A stretch of 63,447 nt of DNA, filler included, from Anaerolineae bacterium (lineage in GTDB: Bacteria > Chloroflexota > Anaerolineae > B4-G1 > DUEL01): NCBI GenBank assembly GCA_041082215.1. It is 10 parts of 10 records of this genome, joined end to end, with 100 filler letters (N's around TTAATTAATTAA, not from the genome) between each part and the next. Parts side by side here need not be neighbours in the genome. Positions count along the whole stretch, not along the records: positions 27,644 to 39,161 come from JBDOIF010000058.1; positions 39,262 to 41,037 come from JBDOIF010000065.1; positions 41,138 to 53,711 come from JBDOIF010000080.1; 7 more parts are not named here. One strand, 5' to 3'. A program made the position numbers and the translations under genes. Numbering within the stretch: position 1 is the stretch's first letter; every line of letters starts with the position of its first letter. The notes under the pieces were generated by a model that was given only the letters and a program-made list of their open reading frames with translations, did not search any database and had not been told where the DNA came from. Shown one piece after another: positions 31,367 to 42,397 of this stretch.

Positions 31367-32031
31367 TGGGCTGTCGGATCGTGCTTCTGGGATTACCAGG
31401 CTCCGGTAAGGGAACGCAGGCGGAGCTGCTGGCGGAAGTGCTGGGCGTGCCCCACGTGGCCAGTGGGGACCTCTTTCGGGAGCATCTGGACAAAGGGACG
31501 GAGCTGGGACGGCAGGCGCGGGCCTATATCGAGCGAGGGGACCTGGTGCCGGATGAGGTGACGATCGGGATGGTCTCCGAGCGGCTGGCCCGACCGGATT
31601 GCGCGGAGGGGTTTATCCTGGACGGCTTCCCGCGCACGGTGGCCCAGGCGGAGGCGCTGGAGCGAGCGTTGCGCGGGATGGGAACGGCGCTGGACGTCGT
31701 GCCGCTGATCCGGGTCCGGGAGGAAGTGGCGCTGGCCCGGCTGGCGGGCCGGTGGACCTGCCGGAAGTGCGGGGCGGTCTACCATGCCCTGTTTAACCCG
31801 CCTCGGCAGGAGGGGGTGTGCGACGCTTGCGGCGGGGAGCTGTACCAGCGGCCCGACGAGACGCCGGAGACACACCGCCGTCGGCTTCAGGTCTACCAGG
31901 AACAGACAGCGCCGCTGGTGGAGTACTACCGCCAGGCCCGGCTGCTGGTCGAAGTGGACGGGGAACAGTCCATCGAGGATGTGCAGGCCGACCTGCGGGC
32001 GGTTGTGGAGACGGTCTGCAGGGACGGATGA
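31366..32031 (+). CDS. adk: Adenylate kinase (Zn-lid type)
   Basis: GLPGSGKGTQ, FILDGFPRT, CRKC...CDAC lid. Confidence 0.98.
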   Translation: MGCRIVLLGLPGSGKGTQAELLAEVLGVPHVASGDLFREHLDKGTELGRQARAYIERGDLVPDEVTIGMVSERLARPDCAEGFILDGFPRTVAQAEALERALRGMGTALDVVPLIRVREEVALARLAGRWTCRKCGAVYHALFNPPRQEGVCDACGGELYQRPDETPETHRRRLQVYQEQTAPLVEYYRQARLLVEVDGEQSIEDVQADLRAVVETVCRDG

Positions 32032-32792
32032 TCCATATCAAGTCGGAATCGGAACTTAAAAAGATGCGCCGGGCCGGCCAGATCGTGGCCGAGGTGCTGG
32101 AGCGGATGCGGGAGCGGGTGGCGCCGGGTGTGACTACGGCGGAGCTGAACGCGCTGGCGGAGGAGGTGATCCGGAGCCACAACGCGATCCCTTCGTTCAA
32201 AGGGTATCCGCCGGGCAGTCCCCACCCTTTCCCGGCCTCCATCTGTGCGTCGGTGAACGAGGAGCTGGTCCACGGGATCCCCGGCCCCCGTCCCCTCCGG
32301 GAGGGGGACATTGTCAGCATTGACGTGGGGGCCATCTACGAGGGGTATCACGGCGACGCGGCGGTGACGTTGCCGGTTGGAGAGATCGGCGAGGAGGCCC
32401 GGCGGCTCCTGGAGGTGACCGAGGGAGCGCTCTATGCCGGGATCGCCCAGGCGCGGGCCGGCAACCGCTCTGGCGACATCTCGGCGGCGATCCAGGCCTA
32501 TGTGGAGCGCCACGGTTACAATGTGGTGCGGGAATATACCGGCCACGGCATCGGCCGGGAGATGCACGAGGAGCCGCAGGTGCCCAACTACGGGCTGCCA
32601 GGACGGGGCGTGCTGCTCCGGCCCGGAATGACCATCGCGCTGGAGCCGATGGTCCTGGCCGGCGATTACCAGGTGCGGGTGCTGGAGGACCGCTGGACGG
32701 TCGTCTCAGCGGATGGGCGGCTGACCGCCCACTTTGAGCATACCATCGTGGTTCGCGACGGAGAAGCAGAGATACTGACGCGGTTGGGATAG
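32028..32792 (+). CDS. map: Methionine aminopeptidase type I
   Basis: ICASVNEE.VHGIP, DVG....GYHGD, GHGIG..MHE.P, LEPM, AHFEHT. Confidence 0.97.
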   Translation: MIHIKSESELKKMRRAGQIVAEVLERMRERVAPGVTTAELNALAEEVIRSHNAIPSFKGYPPGSPHPFPASICASVNEELVHGIPGPRPLREGDIVSIDVGAIYEGYHGDAAVTLPVGEIGEEARRLLEVTEGALYAGIAQARAGNRSGDISAAIQAYVERHGYNVVREYTGHGIGREMHEEPQVPNYGLPGRGVLLRPGMTIALEPMVLAGDYQVRVLEDRWTVVSADGRLTAHFEHTIVVRDGEAEILTRLG

Positions 32793-32801
32793 GGGGAAGG
32801 T

Positions 32802-32915
32802 ATGAAGGTTTCACCGTCTGTCAAGCGAAGATGTCCGAAGTGCAAGATCATTCGCCGACGGGGCGTGGTTCGGGTGATCTGCGAGAACCCGAAGCATAAG
32901 CAGCGGCAGGGTTAG
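32802..32915 (+). CDS. rpmJ: 50S ribosomal protein L36 (Zn-binding form)
   Basis: Read directly (below the ORF-track size cut-off): [37 protein letters not shown]. Confidence 0.97.
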   Translation: MKVSPSVKRRCPKCKIIRRRGVVRVICENPKHKQRQG

Positions 32916-32946
32916 TGCCTGAAGGGCCTTTGGATCGGAGGGAAGA

Positions 32947-33336
32947 ATGGCGCGTATCGCAGGGATAGACCTGCCACGGAATAAACGGGTTGAGGTGGGA
33001 CTGACCTATATCTACGGGATCGGCCGCTCCCTGAGCAACGAGATCCTGCGCAAGGCCGGGGTGGATCCGAACACGCGGATCAAGGATCTGACCGAGGCGG
33101 AGGTTGCCCGGCTGAGGGAGATCATTGACCGGGAGTACAGGGTCGAGGGCGACCTGCGGCGAGAGGTCCAGATGAACATCAAGCGGCTGATCGAGATCGG
33201 CTGCTATCGTGGCCTGCGCCATCGGGTGGGACTGCCGGTGCGGGGACAGCGGACACGCACCAACGCGCGGACGAAACGAGGGCCGCGGAAGACGGTGCCG
33301 GGTCGGGGCCGCCGCCGCGGGATGAAGAAGAAGTAG
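32947..33336 (+). CDS. rpsM: 30S ribosomal protein S13
   Basis: [29 protein letters not shown]. Confidence 0.98.
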   Translation: MARIAGIDLPRNKRVEVGLTYIYGIGRSLSNEILRKAGVDPNTRIKDLTEAEVARLREIIDREYRVEGDLRREVQMNIKRLIEIGCYRGLRHRVGLPVRGQRTRTNARTKRGPRKTVPGRGRRRGMKKK

Positions 33337-33354
33337 CCTTAGGGTGGAGGTAGT

Positions 33355-33753
33355 ATGCCAGGAGCTCAGAAGGGACGGGGGCGGGGTACCCGCCGGGTGA
33401 AGCGGAGCGTGTCCAGAGGGCACGCGCATATCCACGCCACGTTCAACAACACCATCATCACGATGACGGACCTGCAGGGGAACGTCGTCAACTGGGCAAG
33501 CGCCGGGTCGGTGGGCTTCAAGGGGTCGCGGAAAAGCACCCCTTTCGCAGCCCGACAGGCGGCCCAGCGAGCGGCGAAGGACGCGATGGATAACGGGATG
33601 GTTGAGGTGGATGTCTTTGTGAAGGGGCCGGGCCCGGGCCGGGAGGCGGCGATCCGCGCCCTTCAGGCAGCGGGGCTCAGGGTCCGCTCCATCACCGATG
33701 TGACGCCTATCCCGCACAACGGGTGTCGCCCTCCGAAGAAGCGCCGGGTGTAG
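33355..33753 (+). CDS. rpsK: 30S ribosomal protein S11
   Basis: [39 protein letters not shown]. Confidence 0.98.
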   Translation: MPGAQKGRGRGTRRVKRSVSRGHAHIHATFNNTIITMTDLQGNVVNWASAGSVGFKGSRKSTPFAARQAAQRAAKDAMDNGMVEVDVFVKGPGPGREAAIRALQAAGLRVRSITDVTPIPHNGCRPPKKRRV

Positions 33754-33775
33754 AACGGATCGTTGGGGAGGAAGT

Positions 33776-34414
33776 ATGGCCAGATATACAGGCCCTGTTT
33801 GTCGAATCTGTCGTCGGGAGGGGCAAAAGCTTTTCCTGAAGGGGGAGCGGTGCAGCTCCCCGAAGTGCGCGCTGGAGCGGCGGGATTACCCGCCCGGGGA
33901 ACACGGGCAGATGGCCCGCTTCCGGCGCCAGCGGCCCTCCGACTATTATCTTCAGTTGCGGGAAAAGCAGAAGGTACGCCGCATCTACGGGGTGATGGAG
34001 CGGCAGTTCCGACGGTATTTCCGGCTGGCCGAGCGTCAACCCGGCCTGACGGGTGAGAACCTCCTCGCCCTGCTGGAACAGCGGCTGGATAACGTGGTCT
34101 TTCGGCTGGGCTTCGCCGACTCTCGCGCTCAGGCCCGCCAGCTTGTCCAGCACGGCCACTTCACCGTCAACGGCCAGCGGACCAATATCCCCTCCTATCT
34201 GGTGCAGGAGGAGGATGTGATCGCCGTCCGGGAGGGAAGCCGAAAGCGAAGCTATTTTAAAGAGCGGGTAGAGCAACTGGATGCCCAGCGCGTGCCGCGC
34301 TGGTTGAGCCTGGATCCGGAGACGCTCACCGCACGGGTGGTGGGGAGGCCTGCACGGGAGGATGTGGATATCCCGATCCAGGAGCAGTTGGTCGTGGAGT
34401 ACTACTCACGCTAA
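33776..34414 (+). CDS. rpsD: 30S ribosomal protein S4 (Zn-binding form)
   Basis: [38 protein letters not shown]. Confidence 0.98.
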   Translation: MARYTGPVCRICRREGQKLFLKGERCSSPKCALERRDYPPGEHGQMARFRRQRPSDYYLQLREKQKVRRIYGVMERQFRRYFRLAERQPGLTGENLLALLEQRLDNVVFRLGFADSRAQARQLVQHGHFTVNGQRTNIPSYLVQEEDVIAVREGSRKRSYFKERVEQLDAQRVPRWLSLDPETLTARVVGRPAREDVDIPIQEQLVVEYYSR

Positions 34415-34453
34415 GGCGGCCGATTCGGTCAGCCTGGAGGGAGGAAGGCGAGG

Positions 34454-35398
34454 TTGTTCACGCCGGTTTTACCCAAGATTGAGACGGAAGCCATCTCGCA
34501 GCAGTACGGCCGGTTCATCATCGGCCCGCTGGAGAGTGGGTATGGCGCCACCCTGGGCAATGCGCTCCGAAGGGTGTTGCTTTCCTCGCTCCCAGGAGCT
34601 GCGGTGACATCTATCCGCATTCTCGATGTCCCCCACGAATTCGGGACCATCCCGAACGTGCGTGAGGATGTGATCCAGATCATCCTGCAGGTGAAGAAGC
34701 TGCGTCTGAAGATGCACGGGGACGGACCGATGCGGATGGTGCTGGAGGCCAGAGGAGAGGGAGTCGTCACAGCGGGGGATATCCAGGCCCCCCCTGAGGT
34801 CGAGATCCTCAATCCTGACCTCTACCTTTTCACCACCGACTCCCCCGACGCCCGCGTCGAGATGGAGTTCACAGTGGAAAAGGGGCGGGGATACTCTCCG
34901 GCAGAGGAGCGGGGACGGCTGCCCATCGGCGAGTTGCCGGTAGACGCCATCTTCAGCCCCATCCGTCGGGTGGCCTACGACATAGAACGGGCCCGGGTGG
35001 GCCAGATGACCAACTACGATCGCCTCACGATGGAAATCTGGACCGATGGGCGGATCAGTCCGATGGAGGCGCTGAAAGAGGCCGCCCGTATCCTGGTGAC
35101 CCACCTGCGGCTGGTGGCCGGTGTCACCGAGGAGCCGGAGATCGAAGAGGAAGAAGAGGGGATCCCCAGTCAGGTGTACGAGGTCCCCATCGAGGACCTC
35201 GGCCTCAGCGTCCGCGTCTTCAATGCCCTTAAGCGGGCCGGCATCTCCAAGGTCGGAGAGGTGCTGGATATGCTGACGAGGGGGGAAGATGCGATCCTCA
35301 CTATCCGCAACTTCGGCGATAAGTCGCTGACGGAGCTGAGGGAGAAGCTGCGGGAGGCAGGGTATCTGGGATACCTGGAGGAAAGGCCGGCGGGGTAA
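34454..35398 (+). CDS. rpoA: DNA-directed RNA polymerase subunit alpha
   Basis: PLE.GYG.TLGNALRRVLLSS, VDAIFSP, IEDL.LSVR..NALKRAG, RNFG.KS. Confidence 0.98.
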   Translation: MFTPVLPKIETEAISQQYGRFIIGPLESGYGATLGNALRRVLLSSLPGAAVTSIRILDVPHEFGTIPNVREDVIQIILQVKKLRLKMHGDGPMRMVLEARGEGVVTAGDIQAPPEVEILNPDLYLFTTDSPDARVEMEFTVEKGRGYSPAEERGRLPIGELPVDAIFSPIRRVAYDIERARVGQMTNYDRLTMEIWTDGRISPMEALKEAARILVTHLRLVAGVTEEPEIEEEEEGIPSQVYEVPIEDLGLSVRVFNALKRAGISKVGEVLDMLTRGEDAILTIRNFGDKSLTELREKLREAGYLGYLEERPAG

Positions 35399-35422
35399 AC
35401 GCCGGTAGTCGGAGGTGTATGG

Positions 35423-35926
35423 ATGCGGCATCGCGTGGCAGGTAAGAAGCTGAATCGCTCAAGCGGCCATCGCCGTGCGCTGCTTCGAAATCTGATCTCC
35501 GGGCTGATCCGCCACGAACGGATTCAAACGACAGAGGTGAAAGCCCGGGTGGTTCGTCCCCTGGCGGAGCGGCTGGTGACAAAGGCCCGCAAGGCCCGGG
35601 CAGATCGGGTGGTGGAGCTGGCCAAGCAGGGAGATAAGGTGAAGCTTTCGGCCTGGTTCAATGCCAGACGGGCCGACCAGTTGATCGAGCTGGCCAGGCA
35701 AAAGGATGAGGAAGGGCTGGAAAAGCTGGCCAGCGAGCTGGCCCTGCATGCCCGCCGACAGGTGGCGGCTGTGGTGACCGATAAGGAGCTGGCACGGAAG
35801 CTGGTGGAGGAGATCGCACCCCGCTACGAAGACCGCCCCGGCGGATATACCCGGATCGTGAAACTGGGACCCCGCAAGGGGGATGCGGCCCCGATGGCCG
35901 TGCTGGAGCTGGTGGAGGTAGAGTAG
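35423..35926 (+). CDS. rplQ: 50S ribosomal protein L17 with ~50-aa internal insertion
   Basis: MRHR..G.KL.R...[32 protein letters not shown]. Confidence 0.96.
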   Translation: MRHRVAGKKLNRSSGHRRALLRNLISGLIRHERIQTTEVKARVVRPLAERLVTKARKARADRVVELAKQGDKVKLSAWFNARRADQLIELARQKDEEGLEKLASELALHARRQVAAVVTDKELARKLVEEIAPRYEDRPGGYTRIVKLGPRKGDAAPMAVLELVEVE

Positions 35927-35963
35927 CGGCGCAGTTTGTTGCGTCGCAGACCGGACATTTCCA

Positions 35964-36710
35964 ATGCGGGTGCGGGCAGTCGTTGCCTATGATGGGACGG
36001 ATTACCAGGGCTTCCAGCGGCAGGCCAATGGTCCCACCGTCCAGGAGGTCCTGGAATCCGCTCTGGCCCACGTTACCGGGGAGGAGGTAACCGTCCTGGC
36101 AGCAGGGCGCACCGACGCGGGGGTGCACGCCGAAGGACAGGTGATCGCCTTCGATACGGAATGGCGACATCCCTTAGAGGCGCTTCTGAGGGCACTCAAC
36201 GCCCTGCTCCCCCCCGATGTGGCGGTCCGGGAGGTGGCCGAGGCAGCGCCTGATTTCCATCCCCGGTATGATGCCCGCAGTCGGCGCTACCGGTACACGG
36301 TTTACAACCATCCGATCCGTTCACCGCTGGCCCGGCGGACCAGCCTCCATGTGCCGGTGGCGCTGGACGTGGAGGCCATGCAGGCAACGGCCCGGCTGAT
36401 CAGGGGAGAGCACGACTTTGCCGCCTTCGGCCAGCCACCCAAAGGGGAAAACACGGTCCGACGGGTGATGCGGGCAGAATGGGGCGGGGAACCGCCCTGG
36501 CTCTACTTTGATATTGAAGCAGATGCCTTTCTCTACCGGATGGTGCGTAGCCTGGTGGGGACGATGCTCCAGGTGGGTTCGGGACAGATGACGGTGGAAG
36601 CCTTCGAAGAAGTCCTGACTTCGCGGGATCGGTCGAAGGCCGGGCCGACAGCCCCGCCTCACGGGCTGTGTCTGGTAGAAGTAAAGTATGAGCTGGAGAA
36701 CACGGATTAG
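35964..36710 (+). CDS. truA: tRNA pseudouridine(38-40) synthase
   Basis: YDGT.Y.GFQRQ, AGRTDAGVHA, G.HDF.AF, FLYRMVR, TAPPHGL.L. Confidence 0.97.
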   Translation: MRVRAVVAYDGTDYQGFQRQANGPTVQEVLESALAHVTGEEVTVLAAGRTDAGVHAEGQVIAFDTEWRHPLEALLRALNALLPPDVAVREVAEAAPDFHPRYDARSRRYRYTVYNHPIRSPLARRTSLHVPVALDVEAMQATARLIRGEHDFAAFGQPPKGENTVRRVMRAEWGGEPPWLYFDIEADAFLYRMVRSLVGTMLQVGSGQMTVEAFEEVLTSRDRSKAGPTAPPHGLCLVEVKYELENTD

Positions 36711-36732
36711 AACACGGATATAGTGGGAGTGA

Positions 36733-37167
36733 GTGAGCGTGAAGACTTACGTGACGAAACCAGGTGACGTGCAGCGCGAGTGGTTCGTCGTCAATGCTGA
36801 GGGTAAGACCCTGGGCCGTCTGGCGGCGGGAGTTGCCCGCATCCTGCGGGGCAAACATAAGCCGATCTACTCCCCCGCTGTGGACGTGGGGGATTACGTG
36901 ATCGTGATCAACGCCGAAAAGGTGCGGGTCACGGGCCGGAAGCTGGACCAGAAGTTTTACTACCGCCACTCCGGTTATCTGGGAGGGCTGAAGCAGGCCG
37001 GGCTGCGGGATATGTTGTCCAGGCACCCGACCCGGGTGATCGAGTTTGCGGTGAGGGGGATGTTGCCCAAGAATGCGCTGGGGCGGCAGATGCTCAAAAA
37101 GCTGAAGGTATACGCCGGGCCGGACCACCCGCATCAGGCCCAGCAGCCGAAGCCCCTGGATTTGTAG
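36733..37167 (+). CDS. rplM: 50S ribosomal protein L13
   Basis: LGRLA...[28 protein letters not shown]. Confidence 0.98.
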   Translation: MSVKTYVTKPGDVQREWFVVNAEGKTLGRLAAGVARILRGKHKPIYSPAVDVGDYVIVINAEKVRVTGRKLDQKFYYRHSGYLGGLKQAGLRDMLSRHPTRVIEFAVRGMLPKNALGRQMLKKLKVYAGPDHPHQAQQPKPLDL

Positions 37168-37185
37168 TGGAGGAGGAGATCAGGG

Positions 37186-37587
37186 ATGGCAAACCAGCAG
37201 TATTACTATGAAGGGGTGGGACGGAGAAAGGTGGCCACGGCTCGGGCACGCCTCTATCCGGGAGGTAACGGCCTTGTTGTGGTTAACGACCGTCCACTGC
37301 AGGAATACTTCGCCCGAGAGATGGATATCGCCTATCTGCTGGAGCCCCTGAAGGCTACGGGGTTGGAGGGCCGCTTCAACGTCTCGGTGAAGGTCCGTGG
37401 TGGGGGGATCACCGGGCAGGCCGGCGCGGCCCAACTGGCCATCGCGCGGGCGCTGCTCAAGGCGGACCCGGAGCTCCGGCCGATCCTGCGAAAAGGCGGC
37501 TTCCTCACCCGGGATGCCCGCGTAAAAGAGCGGAAGAAGCCCGGTCTGAAGCGCGCCCGTAAGGGACCTCAGTACACCAAGCGGTAG
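37186..37587 (+). CDS. rpsI: 30S ribosomal protein S9
   Basis: GRRK.A.AR, GGG.TGQAGA, LTRD.R.KERKKPG..RARK.PQY.KR. Confidence 0.98.
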   Translation: MANQQYYYEGVGRRKVATARARLYPGGNGLVVVNDRPLQEYFAREMDIAYLLEPLKATGLEGRFNVSVKVRGGGITGQAGAAQLAIARALLKADPELRPILRKGGFLTRDARVKERKKPGLKRARKGPQYTKR

Positions 37588-37606
37588 GTCAGGATCAGTG
37601 CAAGGA

Positions 37607-37644
37607 AAAGGGACAGGAGCTTCCTCCCTGTCCCTTTCTTTTTT
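37607..37644 (+). terminator. Intrinsic terminator after rpsI
   Basis: aaagggacagg/cctgtcccttt stem followed by cTTTTTT. Confidence 0.85.
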
Positions 37645-37671
37645 GCCGTTACAGGCAAAATATGCTACAAT
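37643..37671 (+). promoter_or_regulatory. Sigma70 promoter for the cNMP-binding gene
   Basis: TTGCCG-N17-TACAAT with extended TGn. Confidence 0.6.
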
Positions 37672-37703
37672 CTCCTCTGAGGTCCGAGGTGGAAGGAGGG
37701 AGG

Positions 37704-38237
37704 ATGGACGAAAAGAAGGTCCAGGAATATATCAATATTCTGCGTCGTACCGACGTATTCTACGACCTCTCTCAGGCCCAGTTACAGATGGTCGCTTCCC
37801 TCTGTTCTGAGGCCGAATACAAGATGGGGGAAATCATCTTCGAAGAAAACAGCGCGGGGGACGAGCTTTATGTCATTGCCAGGGGCGAGGTGGAGATACT
37901 GGTGGACCCCTCTCTGGTGCAGACGACGCCCAGCCCCAGGCCCTCAGGTCCGGTTACCATTGCCACGCTCCGCGCAGGGCAGACCTTCGGAGAGGTGGCG
38001 CTGGTGGACCGGGGACTGCGCACCGCTTCTGCCCGCTGCGCCTCCCGGGACACCCGGTTGCTGGTGATCCCCCGGGAGCGGCTGATCACCCTCTGCGACA
38101 ACTTCCCGGAGCTGGGATACCGGGTGATGCGCAATGTGGCGGCCGATCTGGCTTTCAAGATTCGCGGCACGGACCTTTTGATCCGGGAGCAACTGCTCTG
38201 GCGCCCTCGTGCTACAACGGAAAAAGCCCGCTCCTGA
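37704..38237 (+). CDS. Cyclic-nucleotide-binding domain protein (no HTH)
   Basis: GE.IFEE...GDELYVI.RGEV, GQTFGEVAL......RTASA. Confidence 0.9.
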   Translation: MDEKKVQEYINILRRTDVFYDLSQAQLQMVASLCSEAEYKMGEIIFEENSAGDELYVIARGEVEILVDPSLVQTTPSPRPSGPVTIATLRAGQTFGEVALVDRGLRTASARCASRDTRLLVIPRERLITLCDNFPELGYRVMRNVAADLAFKIRGTDLLIREQLLWRPRATTEKARS

Positions 38238-38250
38238 GAGTAAGGGGCAC

Positions 38251-38298
38251 AAGAAGGCACGGACGGAGGCAGGTGTTGACCTCCGTCCGCGCTTTTTT
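38251..38298. terminator. Hairpin terminator between convergent genes
   Basis: cggacggagg/cctccgtccg stem followed by gcTTTTTT. Confidence 0.75.
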
Positions 38299-38312
38299 GG
38301 GGGACTGCTATC

Positions 38313-39161
<849 letters not shown>

Positions 39162-39261
39162 NNNNNNNNNNNNNNNNNNNNNNNNNNNNNNNNNNNNNNN
39201 NNNNNTTAATTAATTAANNNNNNNNNNNNNNNNNNNNNNNNNNNNNNNNNNNNNNNNNNNN
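39162..39261. other. Artificial contig linker
   Basis: N44-TTAATTAATTAA-N44. Confidence 0.98.
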
Positions 39262-41006
39262 TAGAGTGTAGAGATTCCCATAATCCGCACCAGCTGCTCG
39301 GCGACTGTCTCCAGAACCGCCTCCAGTTCCAGCGCGGAACTGACCTGGAGGTCAATTTCGTGGAGGGCGGTCAGCTCCTCCAGCCGTCGCTGGGCTTCCT
39401 GATAGAGAAGGGCGTTCTCCACCGCCATCGCTGTCTGGTCGGCCAGCGCCTGGCAAAACTGTCGATCCTCTGCCGGGTAGGGCCGCACCCGGTCGTGGTA
39501 GAAGACCAGCGCGCCCAGCGCCTGCTCCCGGCGGCGAATGGGGAGGACCAGCACGGAGCGATACCCCTCCCGGCGGCTCGCAGCCTGAAAGGAAGGCATC
39601 TCCCAGGCCTGCTGGGCATCCTCCACCCATACCATCTCCTCCCCTTCGGGGCTGAGAAGGGAATGAAGATCGGCCAGGGAGGAGTTCAAGTATTCCGGCG
39701 AGAGTCCCTCGGCGTAGACAGCCCCGACCTGCCCGGTTCTGGATTTGTGGAGGTACAGGACGGCCCGATCTACGTCGAGGACTTCCCGTGCGGCGGACAC
39801 GATTTCCCGTAACACAGCCTCCAGGTCCATCCCCAGTGCCATGTGGCGGGAAGCCCGGGTCAGCGCCTCCAGGCGCTTCACCTCCCGTCTCAGCCCCTCG
39901 AACAGCCGGGCGTTCTCCAGCAGGGTTCCGAGCTGCCGGCCTAACGCTTCCAGTGTCTGCTGCTCCCCTCTGGAGAGCATAGAATCTGGAGGCAGTGTCG
40001 CGACGAGAAACCCCAGGGCTCGATCCCGGCCCAGGATGGGGATGGCCAGGTTGACATCGCAGTCGGGGAGGCGGGAGATCACCTTTTCTCCCTCCAGCCA
40101 GACCAGACGGCACTCGGCGGTCGCCCTCCTGCAGAGGCATTCCTGGAACGGCGACCCTTCCCCCTGCCAGAAATGACAGCGGGGGGAAAGGCCCTTCGCA
40201 ATGATCAGACGGGCCTTCCTGCTCTCCTCTTCTATCAGGAAAGCCCCCAACCCTTCATCCACCCCGAGGAGCCTGCCGACCTCGTCCAGTGCCGCCGTCA
40301 GCAGTTCGCTGGGGGAGAGGAAGCGGTCGGGGACACTGGTCAGCCTGGCGAGGGCGTTGAGCCGCTCCGTTCGGCGGCGGGCGGAGCGCTCCGCCTCTAT
40401 CAGACTGAGGCCGATGAGCGAGAAGGCCAGCCCCAGGGCGAGCATGTTCATCAGCAACAGCCCGACGATGAACAGGGGGGATTGGGCCATCGTCAGAGGA
40501 TGGATAAGCTTGAGCATAGCCCACAGCGCGTAGGCTCCTCCCAGAACCCAGGCGATTCCCGGGTTTCTTACATGGCGGGCGTATCGAAGAAGGGCATACA
40601 TGGTGAAAATGTCCACCGCGGCGGAGAAGGCGGAGATCGGAGCCACGATCAGGCGGCTGTCTGAAGGGAGGTGGAGAAAGACCCCCAATGCCCAGAGGAT
40701 GGGGATCAGCCCCCAGCCGTAGGTTCGGAGCGCGATGGGCCGGCCAATGAAAGAGCGGGTACCCGCCCACAACAGGAAGCCGCTGAGCCCCAGGGTGGAA
40801 AGATTGACAAACTGCCAGGGGAGCGGATCGGCCATCATGGATTCCCCGGCCAGGGCGAGGAAGCGGAGCGTGTAAACAGCCCACCCCATCGCCCAGAGCC
40901 CCATGCTGGGCTGGCGGCCCCGCTGCCAGAGGTACAGATAAGCTGCGATGAGGATGAGGAGAGAGACCGCGGAGGTAAGGAAGGTGCCGATGATCAGGTC
41001 CGTCAT
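39262..41006 (-). CDS. Membrane sensor protein: ~7 TM helices + tandem GAF domains (output domain lost at contig end)
   Basis: Hydrophobic N-terminal ~200 aa; repeated GAF signatures LG..LENARL and A.Q.A.A.ENA.LY. Confidence 0.85.
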
Positions 41007-41037
41007 TGCCCCTGCGCCCCCTTATCCAGCCGCTCCA

Positions 41038-41137
41038 NNNNNNNNNNNNNNNNNNNNNNNNNNNNNNNNNNNNNNNNNNNNTTAATTAATTAANNNNNNN
41101 NNNNNNNNNNNNNNNNNNNNNNNNNNNNNNNNNNNNN
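41038..41137. other. Artificial contig linker
   Basis: N44-TTAATTAATTAA-N44. Confidence 0.98.
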
Positions 41138-41376
41138 GGGGCATCGGCTTCGGACTCTTTGCCCTTTCCCTCTGGTTCACCGACCATACTGCAGGAGAAG
41201 CTTCCTATCCCCTTATCCTCCTGCCGACCATCGGCCTGAGCAAGCTTCTCCAGGTGTGGCGCGCCCGACGCGCGGCCAAATATGAGTCTCCATAAGACCT
41301 CGTGCTCCCTGGATTCCGTTTGCAGGACAAGCTTCAGCTTGTCCGACAGCTTACACCTTGCTGGAAGGAAAAGAGT

Positions 41377-42396
41377 GTGACTCTGACCGTTTCCCCCCAC
41401 CATGATCCTGCCGTCTTCGACGCGCTGACAGACGAATGGCTTGCCCTCCTGCGCCGTTGCCCCACCGACACCGTCTTCCTCACTCCCGTCTACAAGCGGG
41501 TCTGGTGGCGCCACCTGGGGGAAGGGGAACTGCTCCTGCTCGCCGTCCGCGACGGAGATGAGCTGGTCGGCATCGCCCCCCTTTTCATCACCGGGCAGGC
41601 GGGGTCGAAGCGGGTCCTCCATACGATCGGCTGCGTGGAGGTCTCCGACTACCTCGACCTGATCCTCGCTGCTGGCCACGAAGAGGCAGTGATTGACGCC
41701 ATACTCGATTTTCTGCAAGGCCCCACTGCCCCTGCCTGGGATCGGATGGACCTCTGCAACATTCACCGCGATTCGCCCACGCTCCGCCTGTTGCCAGCGC
41801 TGGCCCGGGCGCGCGGCTGGAAGGTGGAGACAGAGGTCCAGGAGGTCTGCCCGGTGGTGGAGCTGCCGGAGAGCTGGGAGGCATACCTGACCGCTCTGAA
41901 GGGCAAGGACCGGCATGAGCTGCGGCGGAAGATGCGGCGGGCCGAGGCGATGGAGGGCCTCCGCTGGTACATTGTCGGGCCGGAGCAGGACCTGGAAGCG
42001 GAAATGGAGGATTTCCTCGACCTGATGGCCCGCAGCACGCCCGAAAAGGCGGCCTTTCTCACCCCCCGGATGCGGGCCTTCTTCCACGACCTGGCCCGTG
42101 CCACCTTCGACGCTGGCTGGCTACAGCTTGCCTTCCTGCAGGTAGGGGAGCGCAAGCTGGCCGCCTATCTCAACTTTATCTACAATAACCGGGTCCTGGT
42201 TTACAACTCCGGCCTGGATTGGAAGGCCTATCCGTGGCTGGGGGCCGGCGTCGTCCTCGCTGGCTACCTGATCCGCCATGCCATCGAGGAGGGACGGGAA
42301 GCTTACGACTTCCTGCGGGGTGACGAGCCCTACAAGTACCGCCTTGGCGGTCAGGACGTGACGGTCCACCGCATCCTGGTCGAACGGGAGGGGTGA
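41377..42396 (+). CDS. GNAT-family acetyltransferase (CelD/BcsL, Acetyltransf_6 type)
   Basis: LVGIAPL, SDYLD, LPESWE.YL..L..K.R..LRRK.RR, YDFLRGDE.YKY; start codon uncertain. Confidence 0.85.
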   Translation: MTLTVSPHHDPAVFDALTDEWLALLRRCPTDTVFLTPVYKRVWWRHLGEGELLLLAVRDGDELVGIAPLFITGQAGSKRVLHTIGCVEVSDYLDLILAAGHEEAVIDAILDFLQGPTAPAWDRMDLCNIHRDSPTLRLLPALARARGWKVETEVQEVCPVVELPESWEAYLTALKGKDRHELRRKMRRAEAMEGLRWYIVGPEQDLEAEMEDFLDLMARSTPEKAAFLTPRMRAFFHDLARATFDAGWLQLAFLQVGERKLAAYLNFIYNNRVLVYNSGLDWKAYPWLGAGVVLAGYLIRHAIEEGREAYDFLRGDEPYKYRLGGQDVTVHRILVEREG

Positions 42397-42397
42397 A

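Noticed and set aside
41138..41239. Short open frame at a contig start
   Set aside because: Only 33 codons with no recognisable motif; cannot be assigned.
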